DNA of 63,981 nt, filler included, from Gonapodya sp. JEL0774 (taxonomy: Eukaryota), in assembly GCA_027604505.1 (NCBI GenBank). It is 4 parts of 4 records of this genome, joined end to end, with 100 filler letters (N's around TTAATTAATTAA, not from the genome) between each part and the next. Parts side by side here need not be neighbours in the genome. Positions count along the whole stretch, not along the records: positions 16,317 to 32,491 come from JADIIX010000281.1; positions 32,592 to 48,739 come from JADIIX010000282.1; 2 more parts are not named here. One strand, written 5' to 3'. The translations under genes were made by a program, and so were the position numbers. The notes below the pieces were generated by a model. The model did not search any database and was not told where the DNA came from. It was given only the letters and a program-made list of their open reading frames with translations. Every line of letters begins with the position of its first letter. Positions within the stretch are counted from its first letter, which is position 1. Below are positions 26,324-37,436 of the stretch, piece after piece.

Positions 26324-27763
26324 TGGGATATTGCCAGCTGGTTACATAGGAGTCCAATCACGTCGGAATTTTTGGAAGAATCGGTACACTCTCGATCTCA
26401 ATATGATGAGGTCACCCTTCGTGAGCTATTCGCCTAAATGCAGCAGGTGTTTCCCTTTCACCCAAACTCCAAGAGGATCCAATGACTTGAGCCTTCAAAG
26501 ATTCACCCATCGGCTCTGTGTTCACAAAGATAAGAAATCCAGGTCGCACGTTTGGTGATTTTGCGTTGTTGATGAGTATCCTCCATGCGGCGAATTCCCA
26601 CCAGGTTTTGTTTTGCCACAGACGACTCCTTGTCAGCATCATCGGCTCCCAAGATGCGATGGTCCAAGATTGCAGACAATAGACGGGGCTACTGGTGGAT
26701 GATCAGATCAGCTGCTTGGGGAAATGCCGCATCTGGATATCATTTGTTCCCAATGGGCTGATACACAGGCCTCAGGGGGGATCCTGTGTCGGAACCAGAA
26801 ACAGCCAAAGCGAACGATTTTCGAATTTTCGAACTTCACCTTTTCCATTTTCATGAACTCAACTGAATGAACCCGAAAATCATCAATCACCCTTCCTCTC
26901 GTATCGTCCGATTTGTCTCCCCGCCGCCCTAATCCTCGTCGTCGCTTTCGGCTCGCCAGTGCCCGTCGTTCCGGTATTTCCAAAATGTGAGTTTCCCCCC
27001 GAATCGCAGCATTTTTCTTATCGCCCATCGGATAGCCATTAGTTAATGCCTTATTTGACGTCGTGCCGTGGTCAGCGTTGCGTGGGTAGCTGCTTGGGTC
27101 CCACCTTCAGCCAATGTCGGGATTCGGGGAGTTCCTCACGAATGTTGTGAGTTTCAAGGCGCACATCGGCGCTTCTATTGTCGCCGTGATTTAAAGCACA
27201 TCCAATATTGCTTCTACAGGGTGCTGAACTCGCTGAGAACGTTACCGTGGTGTGAGTAGAGGCGAGGGATCATACTCTGAAATGGGGCATTCATTCTTGC
27301 ACCTAGCAAGTTTTGGGTGGGGTGGCCCATAACAACATATTGTAAAAGTTGATAGCAAGTATGAATATGGACAAGAAAAGTATCCTTGTCACCCTTGAGT
27401 ACATCAATTGCGAACATAGATTCGGTGGATAAAAACCTCCGCCGTTTGCTCCTGATAATCCTGACCACTTGCGTGTACTTAAAAATTTAATTGTTTCTTC
27501 AACATTGCACATACTAGTGGAGCACCAAAGTCCATTAGACCCAATTGCATTGAGGTTTCTTTACATCAAAATGCATATCTATGATAACTTGAGCCTCTTC
27601 TTATTTCACTACGGTGGTCCCTTTTCGTCGCTATCAGCGGATAACATCACACTTATAGGGAAATATTTGGGAGAGGTATCCTGATGTAAATCTCATAGAA
27701 GACAACTTCAGCCCGTAAACAGTGTTCAACTCGTGAGATGCACTGACAAAACGAAAAACGAGA

Positions 27764-28570
27764 ACATCAGATTGCGACTTACCAAATGACGTGCCCTCTA
27801 TGAGAGGGAGATACCATTGGTAGAAGGTAGATTGACAGAACACACGATAGCAAACAGAGATATTTAAAGAAAATTCGGAGATCCCAAATGTTTTGGAGTC
27901 GAAGAGAGGAGTGCACCTGCAAAAACAAACGAAAAGTGAGAAGAAGAAGTAGAAGACTTGCACGCGAAATCAATTGTCAGCTGAGCCATATTCATGAAGA
28001 TCGGAAGGAGTCGGAAGTCATCTATAGAGGATATAAAAGTGAATTACTCAAACTATCGACGATCAACAATACCGCAGGCACAAACTTACCCCAAGGTGAT
28101 GTTTGCACATTTGCTCGAGAACTGCCCATGTTACTCTCGCCAAATCGCCACATCGGTCAGACATTGGCCGTCGAGCCTCTCGAAATCGTAACGATAACGA
28201 GGTGGGACGGCACGATCGTTTCCTCCGGTGCCGAATTCGCTATCCGTGGTACCATAGTCACCTTGCACCATGGCCCAGGATGGAATCTGGGCTCAGATTA
28301 ACGCCCGCCGAAACGGGAAGACCGATAACTGGCGATTCTGAAAAGCAAAAGAGTATTTAATCGTCAGATACGGTGACAAAGCATGTACATCAAATCGCGA
28401 CTTACCAAAGCAAGGCGCCCTCTATGAGAGGGCGATACTATTGGTGGATTGAAAGAAAGCACAGCTTCAATCAGAGACCATGAAGGAGAAATCGGGAAAC
28501 CCGACGAGGAAAGGTTTGAAGAAGAGAGGAGTGTACCTGCAACACAATACAAAGGTGAGAAGAAGAAGTA
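27764..28570 (-). repeat. Diverged ~190-bp direct duplication of an exon-like cassette (27764-27951 and 28387-28570)
   Basis: Both copies keep GCGACTTACCAAA (minus-strand GTAAGT donor), CCCTCTATGAGAGGG and GAAGAGAGGAGTGyACCTGCAA (minus-strand CAG acceptor). Confidence 0.7.
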
Positions 28571-29818
28571 TGCAAGTCCTACGAAAGTTTGAACCAGAAC
28601 AACGTTACGAGGAGAGGCAGCAAGACATGATGTAATCTCAATGGTACCTATCTACAGACGGCTGAGTCCCTTTGCAAATGGTGGAACACCTTCGCAAGGA
28701 ATGGAGCGATCAGACGACTTGCACCGAAAGCAGAACAAGGGCGGAGCTCACCGTGAGACATGAGACGTCGTCAGTTGGAATCGTTCGACTTCTGGGTACT
28801 GTACCAGGCATCTCTCATCCACACAACACGTCGGGAGAAAGCCAGCGCGAAGGAAGAGCCAGCAATAAGATTTTGAAGAGCATCGCTAATGCATCCGGAT
28901 TGCCGATCAGACGGGGACGCGTATCATGCAGTGAAAGGGTAGTGATACACTTTGGAAACCAACATGCAGAAGCCTCCAGCGAACCCCGCAACCCCTGAAT
29001 CGAAGGACGCTCGTATCCACAGCTCACTTTCATCTCTCCCATCGTTAAAATGCAGTAGCTTTGCCAGTGCGCGGGAGGTGACGGACGAAGGTTGACCTGG
29101 CGCTCCGAGTCCTGTAAGAACGCCGGCGTCTGAATGACGGCATTGCGACGTGTAACTTCTTCGGTAATGGTCGAAGTTGAAGTCAAATGCACGTTGGTAT
29201 GCAAGAAAGAAAGAGAATTCGTACCGGGTGACTCGAGTAATGTTTGGTGGAAACTTTCCAGAGCTCAGGCTGGCGCCCGTTTTGGTCAGTTGTGAGCAGA
29301 ATATTTGGTACAGCCTTTATGTCCTTCAACACCAGATTGACGCCGTAAAAACGGTCGGAGTTCGTTGAGAAAAATAGTCTGCGATTCCCAAAATTCAGCG
29401 CTACTTACTATTCAATTTTCACTCAATTCCATCCCATTTTGACGCTCTGGCTGGCAATGGAAAGTCGTGGAAAGAGCTGGACCTTTCGATGGCAATCCGC
29501 CACCCTCTACAAACGCCAATGGAAAGCGGTTTTAACTACAGTAAGTTGAAATGATATCGTTATCTATATTCATTTTATCAGAAGTTTTTGATTTTTGTAT
29601 TCCTGGACTATTCATCAAGGTGGTACGGGCCGATAAAGAGTTCCGGGCGCAACTCGCCTTGATGCGTTTGCACATTGGATTCGCATGCAATTGTCTTGAA
29701 CATCAATGGGTTGATATGAATGTGTACGTGCAATGATATACAAAAACGATCTGAACTATTTGCAACAATGGCCAAAACGCTGACCATTCTGACCCGCCAA
29801 CCCGGTGTGTATGATCCG

Positions 29819-32491
29819 TTACATCTCCAAATCCTCAATGTCAGAAAACTCTTCAAGCAAGTCATCCAGTTCGTCGTCTTGGCTGACGGGAGTTTTTGTA
29901 ACCATCGCGGCTGACTTTGCCGGTGGTGGCGGTCTGTATATATGGTGCGAACACCGTTCAAGTAAGATGGATCCCCAACATGGACAACAACGACCTCCAA
30001 CCGTTCGACAACGAACGTACCTCGAGATCTGCTCTTGTGCACCTGGCTTGATCTCGTCTGAGAGACTCAATCCAGAAATATCAAAACTATCGTCGTCATC
30101 CACGACAGATTTACCAGTCCCCGACGCCGCAGGAGCAACCCCAGGTTGCTTCCCGTAGTTCGCTTGCTGCATTGATGCAGGCTTTTGGTGCACTACCACC
30201 GTCGCCACTGGCACTGGTTTGGGCTGCGGATCGGAAAGTTGACCGGAGGCGGGTGCGGTGATTGGTTCCGTATCATCAATGTCCAGATCCGAGGAGCGTA
30301 CACTACTGATGTCGCTCCCTTCGTTCGAGTTTCGTTGCGTATCTTTTGCGTTGCTGATTGATTTGAGCGTAGATTGCGGTGCTGGCTTTGGAGGAGATGG
30401 ACTGTTGGTGCTGGATCCGGAGGGCGGTTTGGTCAGAGCTGTTGCCGCAGCGACTGCAGTTGCAGCTTCCGCTCCCAATGTTCCCGTCCGATTCCCGGAT
30501 CCTGTTGCTGTGGTAGCTACTGAACCAGCTGCTTTCACAGTCCCACCACTCATCACCGGCAAGCTTGTCCCAGGTGATTTTGGAGGCGACGAGCTTGCAG
30601 TCACCGTGATCGCAGGTGTGCTGGTCTTTGCGCCGACGATAGGTGTAGGCCTCCGTTCGTACTCCGAGTCGTCATCTTCTTCGCTCTCGTCCTCGTAATC
30701 GTCCGTTTCTTCGCTTCCACTTCCGCTACTTCCTTCACTCTCTTCGTTGGTTTCATCGTCCTCTTCATCATCTTCATCTCCTTCTTCCGATTCTTCCAGA
30801 GTCGACAGTCGCTTCCCAGTGCCGCTCGCCGCCGGCGGTCCACCTTTCGTGAGGGTGGTCTTTGCTCCAGCAGACATTGCCGCCTGTTTCTGCCCAGCGC
30901 TGGCAGCCGGTGCATTCACCACCGTAGGCGTATCCTCTCTCTCTTGCTTCTTTCCCGTCCCACCACCTCCGATTAGCCTGTTCAACACCGCCGGAAACTT
31001 GAATTGCAGGGTCCGGGTAGGAGATGAGAGGGATTTCGCGGGCGAGCTTGGTGCTGTAGACTTTGCAGGCGAGCTCGGCGCGGTGACGGTCGTGGTGGAG
31101 ATGGGAGTTGGAGGACTTGCTGGGCGGGGATGCCTACAGACGGCGTGCATTTCGAGGGTCGAACCGGTTAAGAATCTCACCTCGCCACTAGATCTTATCA
31201 GAGCACATCAAAAACACAGCACTTACCTGTTTCCCCAGCTAAAAGGCGCCCTCCCACTCGCACCCCCACCTTCCCAACTACCCGTCTTACCCCCCACGAC
31301 GCCCGCGATCCCGTTCGACGACCCCGCACCAGCCCACCTCGCGTTGCCCCTCCACTGGTCCCCCATTCTTCCAGGCTGGATAACCTGATGCGCCGGCAGG
31401 GACATCCGTCTGGCCACGGTGGCCGAGACGGGAACCGACCCGGGGGGACTGGCGCCGGGGATGAGGACTTTGAGCCCCTGGGGGCGTTTGCGGGACGTGG
31501 TGCTGGAGATGCGGTCCGGGGAGTGCTTGAGGATGCCGTCAGGGTAATGGCCAGGGGTGGTGGGGGTGGTTGGCACGGCGGTGGTGGGCGTGGCCGAGGT
31601 TTGAGTCGGAAGCTGCTGGGTGGGGCCTGAGCGACGAGAAAAGTGAGTGTCGCGAGCGAACAAAAGCAACTCTGCACACATCGTGATCAAACTCACCACG
31701 ACCCGCTCTCGGCAACGGCGGCAACCCTTCCAACCCCCTTTCCTCTCCCACCCTCTCTTTCTCCCACTCCACCATCGCCTGCCCCTCCACAACCTCCTCT
31801 GCCCACTTCCTCACCACCTCCCACACTTCTCCTTTCTCGTTCCCACCTCCCTTTTCCATCCCCCTCTCCACCCCCTCCACACACCCCTCCACCCCGCCGT
31901 TCCTCCCCCACTCCACGTACACCCGGTCCGCCGTGACGCCCAGTTCGGCGAGTGTCGCGTCCAGGCGGGACTCGCAGGACGCGCGGGTCGTGGCGAGGGT
32001 GGCCGGCGGGTGGGCGAAGAGGGAGGGCAGGCGGGCGTGGCGGTGGGGGAGAGAGTTTGCTATGTGGGGGATGGGACGAGCGGGTGAGGTTTCTGGCCTT
32101 GTAGAGACGTGAAACCCGCGATTCGAAAGGCTCACCGGTGTGCCCCGCCATCATCTCCCTCGCCCTCATCCCCGTCATCTCCCTCCTCCCTCTCTCCTCC
32201 ACTTCCACCTCGACCACCCTCTCCACCACCCCCCTCGGTACCTCCCCCCTCCTCGCCACCTGCACGACCTCGACTTCCACCGCGTCCACGCCCCGCTCGG
32301 CCCTCTCTTTCGCGACTTCTTGGGCCACCACCTCGCGCACCCCGGCCACCACCTCGATCCGGTTCGTTTCGAGCATGAGGTCGATCTGCGAGCGGGTGAC
32401 GGGGGGTTTGACCAGCGCGGGTGCAGGTGCCGGTGTGGGCGTGGGATGCGGTGGGGGGGACGAGGGCGGCAGCGGCGTGAGCGGGGGGTGG
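29819..32491 (-). CDS. Uncharacterised low-complexity protein (3' part; 5' end in gap)
   Basis: Multi-exon frame with E/V/R-rich helical region, Pro/Ser/Thr and acidic tracts, ending DDELDDLLEEFSDIEDLEM. Confidence 0.6.
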
Positions 32492-33070
32492 NNNNNNNNN
32501 NNNNNNNNNNNNNNNNNNNNNNNNNNNNNNNNNNNTTAATTAATTAANNNNNNNNNNNNNNNNNNNNNNNNNNNNNNNNNNNNNNNNNNNNGTCGGTTGG
32601 GTTACTACCCTTTGTCCATTGGATCGGCCTTGGTTGGCCGCGTAGAATTGCATCAGCAAATGATGCAAATTCTTCTGAGAGATGGGGCATACTCAAATCC
32701 AATAATTCAGCAAGAGTATCGAAATGGTCAGCAGATGCGTCCATGTCAATCCGCTGAGGTGTAGCGTCACCAATCTGGGGTGGCTGGCCGTTTTCCTGTC
32801 CGCCAATCACCTTCCAAGGAGTTCGGAAGTCATTTTCCTCAGCTCTTTCTTGGACAAATCTCTTAACGGCGTTTTCTATCAACATGTTCCAGCTGCAAGT
32901 CAAACACACTTTCCGCGTCAGACGAGTAACATTTAGAATTGTGACGACGAACTTACTTGGAGTTGTTTCGCGGATCATAACCAGTATAATTATACGCGAA
33001 GTCGTCATCCTCGAAGCGCGGTCTGCGAGTGTAGCTCTCGAACTGCCAATGGAATGATCCGAATTTGCAC

Positions 33071-35418
33071 TTAACTTCCCTGTCGGAAAAGCACCCGCTC
33101 AATAACTTCAGTTTCCCTCACTTTGGCTTCTTTAATTTTATCAAGCAACTTCTCAAACTCCCCCTCTGATGATGGAGAGCATTCTTCTGGCGAATCACGA
33201 AGCGGTCTCGACATCCACTCGACTGCGATCCCCCCAAGGGCGAGCCGCAGCGTGAACGTGTTCGCCAAGCCTTCGTTCATTCCCCACAGATGTTCTGCCA
33301 GCATCCGCATCCGTCCAACAGCTGTGTGTATCTGAGATGCGATATCAGCGACTGGAAGTCCTTTCACGGCGTCTACATATTTTGCTTTGCGTTCTCGGTC
33401 AGGAACAGTAGTCGACACAACATTCCGAGTGTGGACGGAACCAGTTCGGGGCTTCTTGAGTACAGGCACTCCAATTCCAATATCCGTTTCATCAGGTGTG
33501 CTGCAAGTGTTGCGCAGACTAGTAAATGACATGCTGAGATCCATGAACTCTTTGAGGTACGACCAGGCAGCTATCACCACGACTGGCTCGAGACAGCCCG
33601 CTTCATAGCCCAGTTTTCTGAGACTCTCGCTGATCAAGCGAAATCGAAGAAGTCTGGCAGACATCCACGATACAATAGATTTTACAGGTTCGGGTTCGAT
33701 TTCGTGGTGTTGAGCTGCTCGACGTTTCTGCTGGCTGTGATTGCTGTCTTCTCCTCCCACAATCCTTTTCTTCGATGCCATCGGCTTTAACTTGGACTCT
33801 GGAGCAAAGCATTTCTCGTCCTGGTACGCCGAAATCCACATATACCATGGGCCCGCCGTAGACCGTTCAACTAAGAGCTCCCACTCGTGATCAGAAATAT
33901 CTGCATCCGCATCCAAGGTTGGATTTACCAGAGGACTCTCTTCAATTATGACTCGAATCTCTCGAAGCTTCTCAAGTACACGGGCGCAGAAAAAGGTTCG
34001 GATCTCGGCACAACGCTCTTCATCACGTTCTCGAGCGTTGCGTTTGCGGATCTCAAGGCTTTCCACCAATTGTTGACCGCGAATCTGGAATTGAAATTTG
34101 TCCAGATTTTTGCAACTGTGATGGACAGAGGAAACGTGATCAGTTGTATCACCTGAATGCCCTCATCACCACCCCAGCGGCGACGAGCAAGCTCGAGAAC
34201 GTCCGTTTCTTTGAACATATGCTGTGAGATCATCATTCGCCAACATAGACAGAAGCACACTGAGATTTAAAGAATATTCTCAACGCACCTCGACAACCCT
34301 ACGGTAGGCACCGTAGTGGGTCACGTTCTCCGAGTAGTCCTAATTGACCAAATTTGGATGTAACATATCAGTGAAAAGTGCAAATGCAGTTCACTCGTGG
34401 GCTCACAAGCGCAGCCAGATCGGAATCCGTCAAGTGAAACATTTGCTTCGCTTCACCCTTGTTGATAAGAGAGGGCAGGAACGAATTGTCGTCGTCCTTC
34501 TTCCCGCCTCTTTGTTTCTCGGCTTCCCATTTTGTGGCGCGACAGTCGCCACACAATTTGGCCCACAGACCATCGTGAGGAAAGCGGAGAAAGTCTGCTT
34601 GTGGTGCCCGTTTGAAGCACCAATGGCAAAGGCGAGCACTAGAGTTGGCGGGAAGGCAAAACGTTGAGCCAGCAATGAGTCTGGATCAGTTCTGGATCAC
34701 TCAGCGCAAAAAAGCCGTGACTTCTCACCCTTCTCTTCCTACCACTGAAAGCCACGTGCGATACTTTGTTGCCCTCGGATTAGGAGGCGGTAACTTCATT
34801 TTCTGAAGAACCGACTCTTTTCAGTCCAAGTTACTAAGATCTTAGAAACCTTCTCTCACCACTCCCATGTCCCTCCAGAGGGGGAGGCCACCAATGAGAA
34901 AGTGCATGTTCCTGTTAAGCTGCGAGAGGCGAGCAACCAGTACTGGAGTTTTGATCACAAAACTGGCAAAGGAATCCCATTGTACTTGTTAAAAGTGTGG
35001 TCACACAGGACAGGCAGAAATCCAAAGGAACATACTCCACAATACAGGCCAGAACTTCCACTGGCATAGCATCAATGTTCGTCACTTGAGGCATCGCTGC
35101 GAGATCTGCTGCGTCCGATTTTGTCTCAGCAACCTCTCCATCGCCTGGTGCGGCTGGTACGGTCACGTTATCAGCGGATGCACGATTGTCCGTCCGATCC
35201 GGGTGAAAAGCCTCGTCCTTGGCTTGTCTCTCCACTTTTTTTCTCCTTTTTGTCTCCCGGCGTGTTGGACCTTCCTCGTGCTGGCCATCGGTGCTTTTCT
35301 TGGTGCTGAGGAGGTCTTGCATATCATCATAGTCTTTTGGATCCTCGATTTGAGCCTCAGCCTTGATTGCCACGCTTGCCGTTATAGCAGCGCGGCGCGT
35401 AGAGCGGCGCTCGGCCAT
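33071..35418 (-). CDS. F-box protein with XPA-like Zn finger/DNA-binding region and helical C-terminus
   Basis: Spliced F-box IDAMPVEVLACIVDFVIKTPVLVARLSQLNRNMHFLIGGLPLWRDM; CHWC-x21-CGDC; SLINKGEAKQMFHLTDSDL; FKETDVLELARRRWGGDEGI. Confidence 0.7.
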
Positions 35419-35459
35419 CCTCGTGACTCAAATCTTTTGGGAGTGATTGGAAAACCTAG

Positions 35460-36433
35460 GTGCGCCCAATTGGAGGAATGGCACCCACCAATACATTCTC
35501 CGAAGAGCTCTGCCTCGATCTCAACGTCTACACACCCCCTACCTCCCGACGTAACATCGCGGATTCACGAGGCCCACTACCAGTTTTGGTATGCATTCAC
35601 AGGGGAGCGTTGTTGTGCGGCTCGAACTCGGAGATGGTGTACAGGAACGCAGCCGAGGTCGTGATCATAGTCACCATCAAATACAGACTTGGTGAGCGGT
35701 GTTCAAATGGCTGAAAGCTCATTCTAGTGAGTGGAGAAAAGTCAAGTACTCACTTTTCACTCGATCAGCTGAATCCTGGGCTTCTTCGCGCGGCCCGAGC
35801 TGCGAGACAAGGCTCTCGCCAACGGCACAGGCTGCGGGAACTACGTGAGCACTACCTCTAATTCTCGAATGAGGATCTGCGAATGTGCGCCAATGCTCTT
35901 CCCTGTGTGTCTCAGTAGGACCGGTCTCCTTGGCCAGGTCTGCCTTGAATTGGGTTCATGCCAATGTCTCATCTTTTGATGGGGACCCAAATAGAATCAC
36001 TGCATATGGAAAGAGTGCGGGAGCCTGTAAGTTTGGGGTGTGGGCAGATTGCACAAGGACTAAACATTCTCAAGGACCATGAACCTTTGGTTGTGAACCG
36101 TTAGCGTCAATCCTTTACCATCTACTCTACTTCCCCAATCTACCCATAAGATCCGCTATTCTACCATCTGGTGCCACTCTTCGCCGCCCAGCATTCCCCG
36201 TCGAACTCACCCTGGTTCCCGACCACCCTCGCCTCCTCGTGCATTCCCAACCCCCCGAGAAACTTCCTCTCCATTCTCCGCTCCCTTGCCTCACTGCTTC
36301 CTATCTCGCCACTCAAGGTGGTCGCATGTCATCTCTTCACTGGGGACCCCTCGAATCAGACGTTCCCAAGAGCATCATCCCGATCCCACCAACTCTCAGG
36401 CCTACGCGGCCCGGATGTGGTCATCTGGCGTGA
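35460..36433 (+). pseudogene. Degenerate type-B carboxylesterase fragment
   Basis: SEELCLDLNVYTP, LPVLVCIHRGA, IVTIKYRLG, ALNWVHANVSSFDGDPNRITAYGKSAGA; eroded motifs, missing N-terminus and broken downstream frames. Confidence 0.75.
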
Positions 36434-37436
36434 ATAGCGTGATTGTAGGCGACTTCAAGAACAACGGGGGATCGTTTACTCAGTGTGCCACCGCGAACTT
36501 ACTCACGGTGGGGTTCAGGTTCGGGACCCAAACACGTGAGAGGGCGCCTTCAATTAAGTTTAATCTGATCTCTGATTGCCACTGCCCTTTCAATGATGAT
36601 CCCTCTTCAAATACCGTTTGAACGGCAAACTTCCGAGGGGAGGGCTTGTGTCCGCTCACTGCTGGCGCAATTCACGGGATAGGCGTGCTCGTAAGTTGAT
36701 CAGCATATTGTGCAATCACGCCACTAGTTTTTTCAGACCCCGTGCAAAACGACGAACCTGAACAGTACACGTTCCTCCACCTCAACTCCACCCCTCCAGC
36801 CAAGCACCCATAGACATATAGACATATCGATGCTTCCCTATTAGGTCCACCTCGCCGCGACTGGAGTGGGAATCTTGGAACGGTAAGAAACGGGTTATGA
36901 TGTTTCAAGGTATCAAAGGATAGATGGTCGAGGGTGCCGTGCGGAGTTGCAGAGCGCAGAAATTGCGCTAGCAGGGGTGTTTGGGGTAGGAAGAGGGGGC
37001 AGTGGGTCAGGAATTCTGGAAGCGTTGTTTGTCCGAACGGCAAGGAGTCGAGCGGTGTGGATTAGTTGGGGATGGGCTCGCGGTCGAGGAGATCGTTGGG
37101 CAATGCAGAGAGGGGCTTGAAGATTAGGCTGCGTCTTTATTGTCTATTGGTGTTGTGCAATCAGTGAAATTCTCATTGCAAATTACAGAGTCCACACCGT
37201 GACCGATTTTCTGTGTACGGTCCCCATACTAACGTTGCAATTTTAAAATAGTGAAAGATTATGTAATGATCTAACTTATTATTAACGCTACATTTGGCAG
37301 CCAGTGATACGAATCACAGCATTCATTGTATAAGCTTCTCAGACACGATCACAGAGATCATCAGAGTGGGTCAGGGAATGACGCGTGGTACCACCCGTCG
37401 CTGAATGAGATGTAGCAAATCTTCATTATATCTAGT

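Noticed and set aside
26412..26642. HMG-box-like peptide (RPGFLIFV...VIGSSW...AFRRIA)
   Set aside because: Spacing too short and the frame ends in a stop; the resemblance is too weak to call.
31700..32490. G/C-skewed tracts suggesting G-quadruplexes or repeats
   Set aside because: Explained by Glu/Gly/Val codon usage on the minus strand next to a contig end.
29819..32491. Possible DZIP1-like ciliary protein
   Set aside because: Only a vague compositional resemblance; the diagnostic N-terminus would lie in the gap.
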